From: Octopus sinensis
Taxonomy: Eukaryota
Reading direction: 5' to 3'
DNA: 64,000 bases
Assembly: GCF_006345805.1 (NCBI RefSeq)
Contig: NC_043000.1
Span: forward strand, 111,228,001-111,292,000
Positions within the stretch are counted from its first letter, which is position 1. Every line of letters starts with the position of its first letter. Below are positions 1 through 12,518 of the stretch, one piece after another. The notes beneath the pieces are model-generated. The model searched no databases. It was not told the DNA's origin and worked only from the letters and a program-made list of their open reading frames with translations. Made by a program: the position numbers and the translations under genes.

Positions 1-399
1 TTATTCAGGGACCTTTTGAGTGGGATGGGTTACTCGACCAGAAGAAAATTCTAACTGGGTCCCACCTGCAAAGTCATGCGCTGTTTATCTTGATATGAGA
101 TCTCCATACGGTTGTGATGCATATGCCTGGTGTACCCTTATCAGACGAGTAGTCATGCTGGGTATACTGGGCTTCGTATATTTTATCCCAGTGTCACTTT
201 GATGGCATGCACTACTCTCTCATTCAATAATAATAATAATAATAATAATGTTCTGCCTTTTTTCTCATTTTACAACTGGATCATTCTAGATTACCTAGAC
301 ACATTATTTGTGATTAAATATTTCATTTCAGTCAACAGAAACTAAACACGTAATATCTAGCAGAGGCACAAGCCAACGAAATACATAAACATAACAATG

Positions 400-1210
400 A
401 TAAACCTTTCTGCTATAGGCACAAGGCCTGAAATTTCGAGGGAAGAGTCGACTACACTGACTCCAGTACACAACTGGTACTTAATTTATTGACCCCAGAA
501 AGGATGACAGGCTCAGCAGAATCTGAACTCAGAATGTAAAGGTGGAGGAAATGCCACTAAGCATTCCAGCTGGCATGCTAACCATTCTGCCAGATCAATG
601 CCTTAATAATAATAATAATAGTAATGGTTTCAAATTTTGCCACAAGGGCAGCAATTTTGAGGGAGAGGATGAGTCAATTACATCGACCCTAGTCAGAATG
701 TACTAATGGACAAAATACTGCTAATGATTCTGCCAGCTCACTGGTTTAGTAATAATAATAATCTTTTCTACTAAAGGCACAAGGCCTGAAATTTTGGGGG
801 AGAGATGAAGTCAATTACATCGACCCCAGTACTCAACTGGTATTTAATTTATCGACCCTCAAAAGGATGAAAGGCAAAGTTGACCTCGGCAGAATTTGAA
901 CTCAGAATGTAGTGACAGACAAAACATCGCTAAACATTTCACCTGGTGTGCTAACGTTTCTGCCAGCTCACTGTCTTAATGATAATAATAATAATCCTTT
1001 TTACTGGAAGCACAAGGCCTCAAATTTGGGGGAAGGGATTAAGTCGATTAGATCAACCCCAGTGCATAACTGGTACTTATTTAATCAACTCTGAAAGGAT
1101 GAAAGGCAAAGTCAACCTCAGCGGAATTTGAACTCAGAACGTAACAGCAGACGAGATACCACTAAGCACTTCACCCAGCATGGTAACATTTCTGCCAGCT
1201 TACCACCTTA
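400..1210 (-). mobile_element. Cluster of tRNA-derived SINEs (family with gcctttcatcctttcggggtcgat..aagtacca core) separated by (AAT)n
   Basis: Repeated ~200-bp units; further copies at about 11020-11235, 17600-17985, 29130-29355, 47790-48230, 48603-48835. Confidence 0.8.
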
Positions 1211-1531
1211 ATAATAATAATAACAACAATAATAATAATAATGATAATAATTTTTTTAAATATTTCAAAATGTTTGAAGTAAAAGAAACAAAATTTTAAA
1301 AAAATATTCCATTTCATAAATGTTAAATACCAGTTTTTCTTTTTTTTTTTTGGTGAGTTTTCTAAAATGTATAAAAGAGAAACTAAATTCTTCTTCAAAT
1401 ACAAAACAATTTGGAATGGTGATTAATGATTGATGTCTTTCATTTATGTTTTTTACCAGGAATTTTTACTTATTTCCCCCTCTTTCAATGTTGAGACGGT
1501 AAACACCCAAAAAAACACAAAAAAAAATTCT

Positions 1532-1537
1532 TTTATT
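1532..1537 (-). promoter_or_regulatory. Candidate polyadenylation signal (AATAAA) of the hydrolase gene
   Basis: Minus-strand AATAAA about 280 nt after the stop codon, followed by T/GT-rich sequence. Confidence 0.4.
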
Positions 1538-1813
1538 TGCTAAGGAATATTCTTCTGTCCATTTGATAGATCAAGTAGTGGTAGGGGACGGGCGGGGGAT
1601 GGGGGTTGGTTTAACTGATTGTCCATCTGTGCACCTCTCCCACAGCACACATTAAAAAAATTTTTTTCTAAAAACCCAATAAAATGGTATGTGCTCTTCC
1701 GCTTCTGTTCAGAAATCAAAAGTCAATATCATCGTCGTCATCATCATCATCATCACCATGACCAACAATCAATAATTATATAGATTTAGTTTTGTGGAAT
1801 AACCCGACTCTAG

Positions 1814-1978
1814 TCACGCTGACGGCTGGTCTTTCCAGTTCTGAACAATCTCTAAAATTGGTTTTATCACAGCTGCAGGTTTCTTGTACATCATATGATG
1901 GTCGACACCATTTATGATAATGTGGTGGGCATTGCTGAAGAATTTTTGGATCATTTTCCGCTCGCCACGAGCCCAAGC
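1814..1978 (-). CDS. Last coding exon ([54 protein letters not shown])
   Basis: Acceptor gtctttgtag, phase 0; TGA at 1816-1814; contains the His-loop-like GVDHHM followed by the typical C-terminal helix. Confidence 0.92.
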   Translation of the reverse strand, partial: AWARGERKMIQKFFSNAHHIIINGVDHHMMYKKPAAVIKPILEIVQNWKDQPSA

Positions 1979-2501
1979 CTACAAAGACATTACATGTAAA
2001 ATTAACACATAATTAACATGTAAATTATAAAAGAAACAATACAGAAATTAGCAAATAATTATAAAGGCACAACATTGATTTCATTTAGCCACACCTAAAT
2101 CCCTCTCTCTCTTTCGGAGAGGCACTGAGCAGCTATACACACACATACACACATGGCAGTAACTTCCGCCTACCAAATTCAATCACAAAGCTTCGGTCGA
2201 CTCGGGGCTATAGTGGAAGACACCTGCCCAAAGTGCCACGCAGTGGGACTGAACCCGAAACCATGTAGCTAGGAAGCAAGCTCCCTAACCACACAACCAT
2301 GCCCACACCTAGTATGTATATATATATTTACAAAAAGGCAAAAGATGAAGATGGGTGTGTAAACAACAAACAGATGTATTAGTTTAACACTCTGGAAGTG
2401 AGAAAGTTTTTTACATTTCGAGCCTATGCTCTTTGACAGAAAGGAACACAGAAAGAAACAGCGAAACAAAATAGAAGAGGTTTAGTGGCTAGTGATCTAT
2501 C

Positions 2502-2550
<49 letters not shown>

Positions 2551-3673
2551 TGTGTATATGTTTGTGTCGCCTAGTCTTGTCACTGTCATACAAGCAGGGT
2601 CATTTTATTCCCAGTATTCTCCAAGAACATGACAGGCCATGGAGAAATATTACCTTGCTTGGAAATAGGGAAGGATTGACAATAGGAAGGGCATCCGACC
2701 ATAATAAAAAAAACCTGTTCAACAAATTCTGCCTGACCCATGCCAGCAAGGAAAAGTGGACGTAATGCTGCTGCTAACGATGGTGACCTTAGTAACTTAT
2801 TTCATTTTGTCACTTTTTCATATTTACCATTTCCTGACAAACCAACTCAGGGTCGAATACACCATTAAAAATATATTATCTAAGGGAGATAACTACATTC
2901 ACCAAATGGTCTTCATAATTATTCCCAGGGCTTCGTTTTACTACTACACCTTTCTCTCTCTCTCGCACTCTTTTCTTACCCCATCTATATTAACTAAGGC
3001 CATGCTGGGGCATCAGCTTGAAGGATTTTAGCTGACACCAGGACTTATTTTATATTTTAAGACTTGTATTTATACTATCGTCCCTTTTACCAAACTGCTA
3101 AGCTACAAGGACATCAACAAACCAAAACAGTTTGTCGAGTGGTAGGGGAACACACACACACACACACGCGCGCGGAAAACTTCTTTCAGCTTCCATCAAC
3201 CAAATTCACTAACAAGGCCAATCAAGAAGGAAGAAGGTGCCAAGCAATGGGAGTGAACCTGGATCCAATTCTATGCCCCACCCAAACATGTTTGCAAATA
3301 TACAATTTCTGTTTTGGTGGAGACTTGTTTCTGGCACTGAACCACTTTGGAGAAAAAATAAATTCGTTTTGAGAAAGAATTGAATACAATTCCTTTCATC
3401 ACCATCATCATCATCATTTTATTGCCCCTTTTTTTTATGCTTGCATCGGTCTGGCAGAAATTGTTGTGGCAGTTTTTCTATGGTCAGATGCCCTTCCTGT
3501 CATCAATTTTCACCTGTTTGCAAGTAACATAAAGTTTCTCCATGTCTAGACATGTTCCCAAGGTGGATTGAAAACAAACGACACTGCTTGTGTGGGGAGG
3601 ATCGTTTACAGCTATCACATGACATTCAACTAAGGAAACACACATACACATGCACTTAAACACACACACACAC

Positions 3674-3720
<47 letters not shown>

Positions 3721-6418
3721 TGTATATATATGCATATATATATATATACATATACGTACATACTTCTATATGTATATACATATGCATATATGGGCAGAGG
3801 ACGTCACAGAACGTAAGAAATATGAAATATGAGAACATGGAATAAGAACTTTTTTTTCGCAAACAACAAAGGAAACAAATGGAAAACAAGACAAACAACA
3901 TAAAGAATAACCCTTCATCAGTTGTCAACTGTTTTTCTACTCTGTATTTCAAACAATTCATGACAAGATACGTCTTTGGCAAAACAGTTTGTCCCGCAAA
4001 ACAAATTAAATAAAATTTGGGATTTTGCAGAGGATCAAAGATACACCCTTTACATATACATACATATATATATATATACATACATACACACACATATATA
4101 TATATATAACTATATTCACCAAACGGTCTTCATATTATCGCCAGGTCTTTGGTTTACTACTACACCTCTCTCTCACTTGCATTCTTTTCTTAACTCCATC
4201 TATATTAACTAAGGCCATGCTGGGGCATCAGCTTGAAGGATTTTAGTTGACCCCAGGACTTATTTTATATTTTAAGACTTGTACTTATGCTATCGTATAT
4301 ATACACACACAAATATACACAGCTATGACAGGCTTCCACACAGTTTCTACTCGCCAATTTCACTCAGAAAGCATTGGTCAGTCATGGATATATTGAGGAA
4401 GATACTTGTCCTAGGTGTCCCACAATGGGATTGAACCCAAACCCATTTTTTTTAAAGTCTTGTAAAGTCCATTATATTCTTTTGTAGTCTTATATTTATT
4501 TTGCAATAAAATACTTCCTGCGGAGAGACTTTTTGAACACCCTATAATAGATTCAACAGAAATACCGCTGCAGTATTAATATGCCACTGAGTTATCTCCC
4601 TTCCGACCAAAGTCCGCTTAGCATTTCTTATAAGAAAAACAAAATAAGTACCAAAATATTAGCTTTGGATAGAAACAACGAAAACCTTTGACATCCCAGC
4701 ATAACCAGAGTCAAATGAATTAAGTACAAAAAATATGTATTTCAGTCGTCTAAGGGTAGAAACTCCTCTAACGTCCGGACATTCCCAGTAAGCATGGCAC
4801 CAAGCACTTTACAACTGCTTTAATTAACCAGTGTTGAGCTTTCTTTCATCTCCAAAGAATAAATAGGAAGGTACCATAGGAGCCTCTGCATGGTCTTCAA
4901 ACTGCTGGATGTAGCAGCTAAGATTTCCTCAAATTACATCCAGCTGTCTCAGGACAGGAAGGATACATGAGATAATGTTCTGGGAACATTGAATAAAGGT
5001 TAGGATGGTCACAGCTGGAGGGTATCTGATCATAGGTTGGCTTAATCAGGGTTACCTCTGAAAGCCATTCTGACTTAACATATTTTGTGGCACATCAAAC
5101 GCACTTTCTTCAATAAAAAAAAAAGTCTCAAAAACCCACCCCAGGTCCAAAATGCGAATATGAACCTACATTGGTTTTAAATTTTAACACAAAACCAGAA
5201 AGTTGAAGGAAAGGAGTGAGTCAATTACATCGACCCCAGTGTTCAACTGGTACTTACCATACTCCTGAAAGGCAAAGTCGACCTTGGCAGTATTTGAACT
5301 CAGAATGTAAAGAGGGACAACATGTCATTAACCATTTTGTCCATGTAAACACTCCTGCCAGCTCATTGTCTAATTTGAGCCAATATGAAATGTCTTAAAC
5401 ACACTAAAAACGATTTTCTGCTTTCCTGAATATGTACAGCTGAAATTGGTGTGTGTCTAAAATGCCAGAGCACCTTTTGTGCCACCAAATATGGTAGTTT
5501 CCCCTTGAAGACCCACTCCAGTAACCTGATCACTGATCTACAAGATCAAGGCTGAACTACAAGTGTTACAAGTTTAACTCACCTCATTAAGTTCTCGTGA
5601 AAGTGTTTTATCATACATGTTCCCAGAAATTACTGTTGTTGTCATATTGCTTGGTAAATTCTTCATAATTCTTGCCAACCTGAAATCAGAATTGAATACC
5701 AGCAATTTATGTGGATTCTGTAGAAGCAAGTTGTATGTATATTCGCATTGCGTGGGTGCTTGGGTATATATGATCACACACACACACACATACTATATTT
5801 GTGGGTTAACAATGCTAGCAATGGTTTCATGTAAAGAGGAATCTCTTAATTATCAAACCTACCACAAGAGAACATTGGTACTTGTCTCCATTTTAGGGAC
5901 AACTACCAATATTCATCTGAATATTTACCCACCAATGCAGTGTTGAGCACTCACTCTCACTGTTCAATATTTGCATGTGTGTGCGTGTGCATATATATAT
6001 ATGATACAGCCTTCTGGCTCGCCAGCCCTCAGTCAAACTGTCCAACCCATGCCTGTATGGAAAGCGTTAAACGACGACAATGATATATATATATATATAT
6101 ACATATATATTAAAGGAGCACTCAGTCGGTTATGATGATCAGGGTCACAGCTGATCCGATCAATGGAACAGCTTGCTCGTGAAATTAACATGCAAGTGGC
6201 TGAGCACTCCACACACATGTGTACCCTTAACGTAGTTCCCAGGGAGATTCAGCGTGACACAGAGTGTGGCAAGGCTGGCTCTTTGAAATACAGGTACAAC
6301 TCATTTTTGCCATCCGAGTGGTTAGGAGCAACATGAAATAAAGTGTCTTGCTCAATGACACAATGCGTTGCTGGAAATTGAACTCACAACCTTACAATCG
6401 CAAGCCATATACCTTCAC

Positions 6419-6469
<51 letters not shown>

Positions 6470-6912
6470 AAAAGAAAATGGAGAAATTGTTATGCAGGCA
6501 TCAATTTATTGAAACAAATCCAATTTCGAACACTATCAAACTCATGGACCCTACAATCGTTTACCTGTCCAATTTGTTCAAATTAGAAAATTAAATGAAA
6601 GATTCATATTGAATTACAATTAATTGAACATTGATGTCTATATGTCAATTTCTCCATTACCTTCTTTTTCTTATACATCAATGGTAAGATACCCATATCC
6701 ATCAATGTGAAGCTAACATCTTTTAGTATTTCAATGATACGCTGGATGAAACCAAGGAACCTGGATGCTGACATCCCTTTAAGAGGTATCTATATCCTTG
6801 AAATAATTAATATATATATATGTATATCTGAGATGCTGGCCATGATACTGACCATGGGATTGCACTTTGAAAGTTAACCTCCCAGGCGCAAGTCCGGGCA
6901 ATATATATATAT

Positions 6913-6964
<52 letters not shown>

Positions 6965-9258
6965 CATAGATGTCAGGAGGTGACGTTAAACAAGGCAACA
7001 GATTGTGTGTGTGTGTGTGTGTGAGATAGTTGAAGAACCATAAAAGTTGGTGTGTTACCTAATCTGTGATATAGATTCATTAATGAAGTGATGTTCATCA
7101 ACCGCTGAACTAAGATGTTTGGGATGACACAAGAGATATTTCTGGAAAGAGAAATACAGAGATATATATTATTCAACAAGGGAGTAGTAAAACATGCAAA
7201 GAAGAAGAACAACAACAATAATAATAACAATCCGTTCTACTAAAGGCACAAGGCCTGGAATTTTGGGGAAGAGGACTAGTTGATTACATCGACCCCAGTG
7301 TCTCACAGGTACTTGATTAATCAACCCCAAAAGGATAAAAGACAAAGTGAACCCAGGCAGAATTTGAACTTGGAACATAAAAACTAATGGCTCCACACTG
7401 TTTTGGCATAGATTTTACAGCTAGATGCCCTTCCTAACCCCAACCAATACATCCATAAATTTACCTTTCCATAATGCATCTGCTTTGAGTATGATACACA
7501 TATCGCTATTTTAAACTAATACTGGTTCTGTTGTACATAACAAATAAATCTGGAAAGTTCAGAATAATTGGAATGGTGCAATGATTCAATGCTGCCTCTT
7601 CTGCAGTTGCTACATCAGAACTCGCTTTCTACAATCCATGTTCCTTAACTTCCAACAAAAATCAAACTGTATTTTCAAACCTCAACCTTGCATCTGTCCA
7701 ACTTTTCAAAACTCTAGAACCCTACCAACCTCATTCTTTTATCCTTCAAGCTAACAAGCTTAGTTATTTTCATTAATCAAAACAATACGAAAGGAACCAT
7801 TTTCTTAATTCAATTTATTGTTAAAAAGTATTTTACCACCTGACTGGCTCCTGTGCTGATGGCACATACAAAGCACCCACGACACTCTCGGAGTGGTTGG
7901 CGTTAGGAAGGGCATCCAGCTGTAGAAACCTTGCCAGATCAGATTGGGGCCTCGTGCAGCTTCCTGGTTTGCCAGTCCCCAGTCAAACTGTCCAACCCAT
8001 GCCAGCATGGAAAACGGACATTAAACAATCATGATGACGATTAAATAATATCAGTTCATCATTATAAACGTTAGTTAATTAAGCTCTCTTACCTGCCTGT
8101 TTTTCACCTGTTCAGCGATTGAAGTCTCTCTCAAAGGTTGTTCTAAAAATCCAAAATGGATGGCTATTCTCGAGATTCCAAGAGAAGCACCAAATTGAAG
8201 AAGTTGCAAATCAGGAATTATTTTACCAAACCTGCAAATAAAACAAAAATATGTCTGATAGGCTTCTTTAAGTCTCCATCTATCAAATCCACTTACAAGG
8301 TTTTGTTCAGCCCAGGGCCATGACAGAAGACACTTCCCCAAGGTACCACATAGTGGGACTGAACCCTAGGTCACATTGTTGGGACGCTTCTTAATCACAC
8401 AACCACAGGGCCTAATTGTAAAGGGTTCTACTGTAGATCAAACTTCTAGGACAAACTCAAAACCCAACACTACTGCAACTGCCATCATCAGTCTGCTCCC
8501 TGGCCAGATCTATATCCGCCACATCTTTTCTCCACAGTCCTCAAGCTTCTTACCACACAGCCACCCCTGCACCTATATACATGGCAAGCTTCTCTCAGTT
8601 TCCATCTACCAAATCTAGTCACAATAGCAGAAGACACTGGCCCAAGGTGCTGTGTGGAGGGACTGAACCCAGAACCATGTGGTTGGGAAGCAAACTTCTT
8701 ACCCCACAGCCAGACATGTGCCTACAAGGTCATGTAAAACGCCAAACTGACTTACCAATAACGAGACCATAAGCCATTGTCGGAATCAAAGAGTTCGTCT
8801 GCAATTGGGTTGATCATTACCAATCCAGTAACATCACTGAAATTCAAAAATAAAACAAACATTAGTCTCTTATATTTTTCTTTTACATGTTTTAGTCCAG
8901 TGGTTCCCAACCTGGAGTCCATGGACCCCTGGTGGTCCGCAAATGTAGTACTGGGGGCCCGTGAACTAAATTCAAAATTTATATATATAAGGATAAGCAT
9001 AGTAAAAGGGGTCTGTGGGAAAACTCATTTAAATAAAAGGTTTGGGAACCACTGGTTTAGTCATTGGATTGCAGTCATGCTGGGGCAATATCTTGAAGGG
9101 CTTTTAGTCAACAAAATTGACCCCAATACATACTTTCGAGTCTGGTACTTATTGTATCGGTCACTTCGGCTGAACTGCTTAGTTACAGGGATGCAAAGGA
9201 ACCAATACCAGTCGTCAAGTGGTGGGAGGGACAAACACAGATGCAAAGACAACAAGGA

Positions 9259-9293
<35 letters not shown>

Positions 9294-9305
9294 ATATGTG
9301 TGTGC

Positions 9306-9342
<37 letters not shown>

Positions 9343-10055
9343 GAGCACTCCGTCGATAATGGACACGAGGGTCCCAGCTGATACAAACAATGGAAAAGCC
9401 TGCTCGTGAAATTGAGCATTCCACAGACATGTGTGCCCTTAATGTAGTTCCCAGGGAGACTCAGTGTTACACAGTGTGACAAGGCTGACCCTTTGACAAT
9501 ACAGTTACAACATGTTTTTGCCGGCTGAGTGGACTGGAGCAACATGAAAATAAATTGTCTAGTCCAAGGACACAACGCATCACTGGGAATTGAACACATG
9601 ACCTTATGATTGTGGGCTGAATATTCCAACCAAGCCACATGCCTTCACTTCTATACTCTTTACTCTTTTACTTGTTTCAGTCATTTGACTGTGGCCATGC
9701 TGGAGCACCACCTTTAGTCAAGTAAATCGACCCCAGGGCTTATTCTTTGGAAGCCTAGTACTTATTCCATTGGTCTCTTTTGCCGAACCACTAAGTTACG
9801 GGGACGCAAACACACCAGCATCGGTGTCAAGGCGATGTTGGGGTTGACAAACACAAACACATAAACACACCACACGTATATATACATATATATGACAGGC
9901 TTCTTTCAGTTTTCGTCTACCAAATCCACTCACAAGGCTTTGGTCAGCCCGAGGCTATAGTAGAAGACACTTGCCCAAGGTGCCACGCAGTGGGAATGAA
10001 CCCGGAACCATGTGGTTTGTAAGCAAGCTACTTACCACACAGCCACTCCTGCGCC

Positions 10056-10110
<55 letters not shown>

Positions 10111-11232
10111 CCCCACACACACATACACAACAGCTTCCACACAGTTTCTGTGTACCAAATTCCCTCACAGAGTATTGCTTGGCCTGAGTCTATAGCAGAA
10201 GACATTTGCCCAAAGTGCCACACAGTGGGATTGAACCGAGTATGACAGCAGTTCAATGACTGAAATAAGAATATAAACAGGAAAACTTACTTTTCGTGCA
10301 TCTGCGCATAGAAATATGCAGACAGTGCACTGAGTTCGGAGCCGACCAGGATGAAAGGCTTCGGCTGTTGGCTGCTCAAGGTAAACAAGTGTCTCATATC
10401 ATCAGCCATCCTAGAAGAGAAATAAACATGATAATATAGTGTTTTGGATGAAGACAAAGAAGGGCTAATCTCTAACTGTGGAGGGAACCTGTGGTAGAGG
10501 TCAACCCAGGAAGACATTGGATGAGGTGGTGAAGCATGATCTTTGAACTTTGGGCTTCACAGAGGCAAATATTGAGACCTATGGCATTATATCGTGTTTG
10601 AGAAGAAGACCCATCAAGTGAAATCATAGTCATGGCTGATGCTGGTGTCACATAACTGGCACCTGGGCCAGTGGCATGTGAAAAGTTCCTTTCGAGTTCT
10701 GGGCCTCACGGAGGCAATGACTGAGGCCTTTAGCATTATGTTGTGCTTGAAAAGAAGACCCATCAAGCCAAGTAAAATCACAGTCATGCCAGATATCGGT
10801 GACATGCAAATGGCACCTGTGCCGCTGGCACGTAAAAGTACCCATTACATTCTCGAAGTGGTTGGTGTTAGGAAGGGCATCCAGCCATAGAAAACCATGC
10901 CAAATAAGACTGGAGATTGGTGCAGCCTTCCAGCTGGCCAAGCTCTGGTCAAACTGTCCAACCCATGCCAGCATGGACAACGGATGCTAAATGATGAGGA
11001 GATTATATATATATATCATCGGCCAATTGGCAGAATCATTAGCACGCCGGGCAAAATGCTTAGTGGTATTTCACCTGTCTTTATGTTCTGAGTTCAAATT
11101 CCACTGAGGTTGACTTTGCCTTTCATCCTTTCGGGGTCAATTAAATAAGTACTAGTTATGCACTGGGGTCAATGTAATTGACTTAATCCCTTTGTTTGTC
11201 CCCTCTATTTTAACCCCTTGTGTGCAATAAAG

Positions 11233-11267
<35 letters not shown>

Positions 11268-12474
11268 TCTTCGTCTTTTGTTCTTTTTTTGTGAACTCTC
11301 CCTATATCATCATCATCGTCGTGGATGCTAAACGATGATGATAATGACATAGAGAGAGTTCACAAAAAAACATAAGACGAAGACAGGTGGTGTACAAAAC
11401 AAACAGATGTATTAGTATAACGCTCAGGAATAGAAAAAGTCTTTTACGTTTTGAGCCTACGCTCTTCTACAGAAAGGGACACAGAAAAAAACAAGGAGAG
11501 AAAAAACTGTGTGTAGTGGCTAACGGTCTATCATGGCAATAGCCAGACAGAAATATATATATATATATATATATATACTAGCTTAGGCATAGTGATACTA
11601 ATAACCTGGTGCTAGAACTCAATATGCTTCAGAATAAAGTGTTGGAGTACAGAGCAGTAATAAAAGATGAGCAGTATTAAATGAACGACAAGGGAATAGG
11701 AACTTATGCCATGGACTTCATAAGCTTACAGCTGTTTCTTGAGGAATTCTTGAAGAAATTTCCAATAGGAAATTTTTTTTACATTTCTATCCAACATGTA
11801 CAATTCTATGGCTCCTAATAGCAAATGCAACATGTGTAATGGTAAATAAATAATACCAAAACAATTTTGCAGATTCTTGTTTTGGTAATAACTCTGCAAA
11901 CAATATCTGAGGAATTTTCATCTCGTCGTCATATGTAACTCACATAAATATTAACGACCATATACAGAACTGAAATACTGGAATAAACAGATGTGCTTCA
12001 GTGAGACACAGCTTTTATCTTAAACTTACTTACATTATATATTTTTATATATGATGTGTTGTGAATTTATGGAAAAAAAATCCCATAAAACTCAACAATT
12101 TAGTTAAAAATGGAGAAGAGAAGATGTTAAAATATAGAAGAGAATTTTAATTCATGCAGACGATCGTTTCGTACATGCAAATTCATGGTTGAATTGAATT
12201 GAATTAAATTAATTGAATTAATTATATATCACTGCACTCTTCAGTGCAAGAGGTATAACTCTTATACTCTTTTAATTGTTTCAGTCATTTGACTGTGGCC
12301 ATGCTGGAGTACCGCCTTTAGTCGAACAAATCAACCCCAGGACTTATTCTTTGTAAGCGTAGTACTTATTCTATCGGTCTTTTGCCGAACCACTAAGTTA
12401 CGGGGATGTAAACACAAGCATCAGTTGTTAAGCGATGTTGGCGGGACAAACACAGACACACAAACATATACACG

Positions 12475-12518
<44 letters not shown>

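Noticed and set aside
1776-1976. Cys-rich 66-aa [14 protein letters not shown]... from the ORF track
   Set aside because: It is an alternative frame of the last hydrolase exon; the phase-0 frame AWARGERK... completes the domain.
8777-9409. 210-aa plus-strand ORF
   Set aside because: It is antisense to exon 8 and made of a MITE, SINE pieces and microsatellites.
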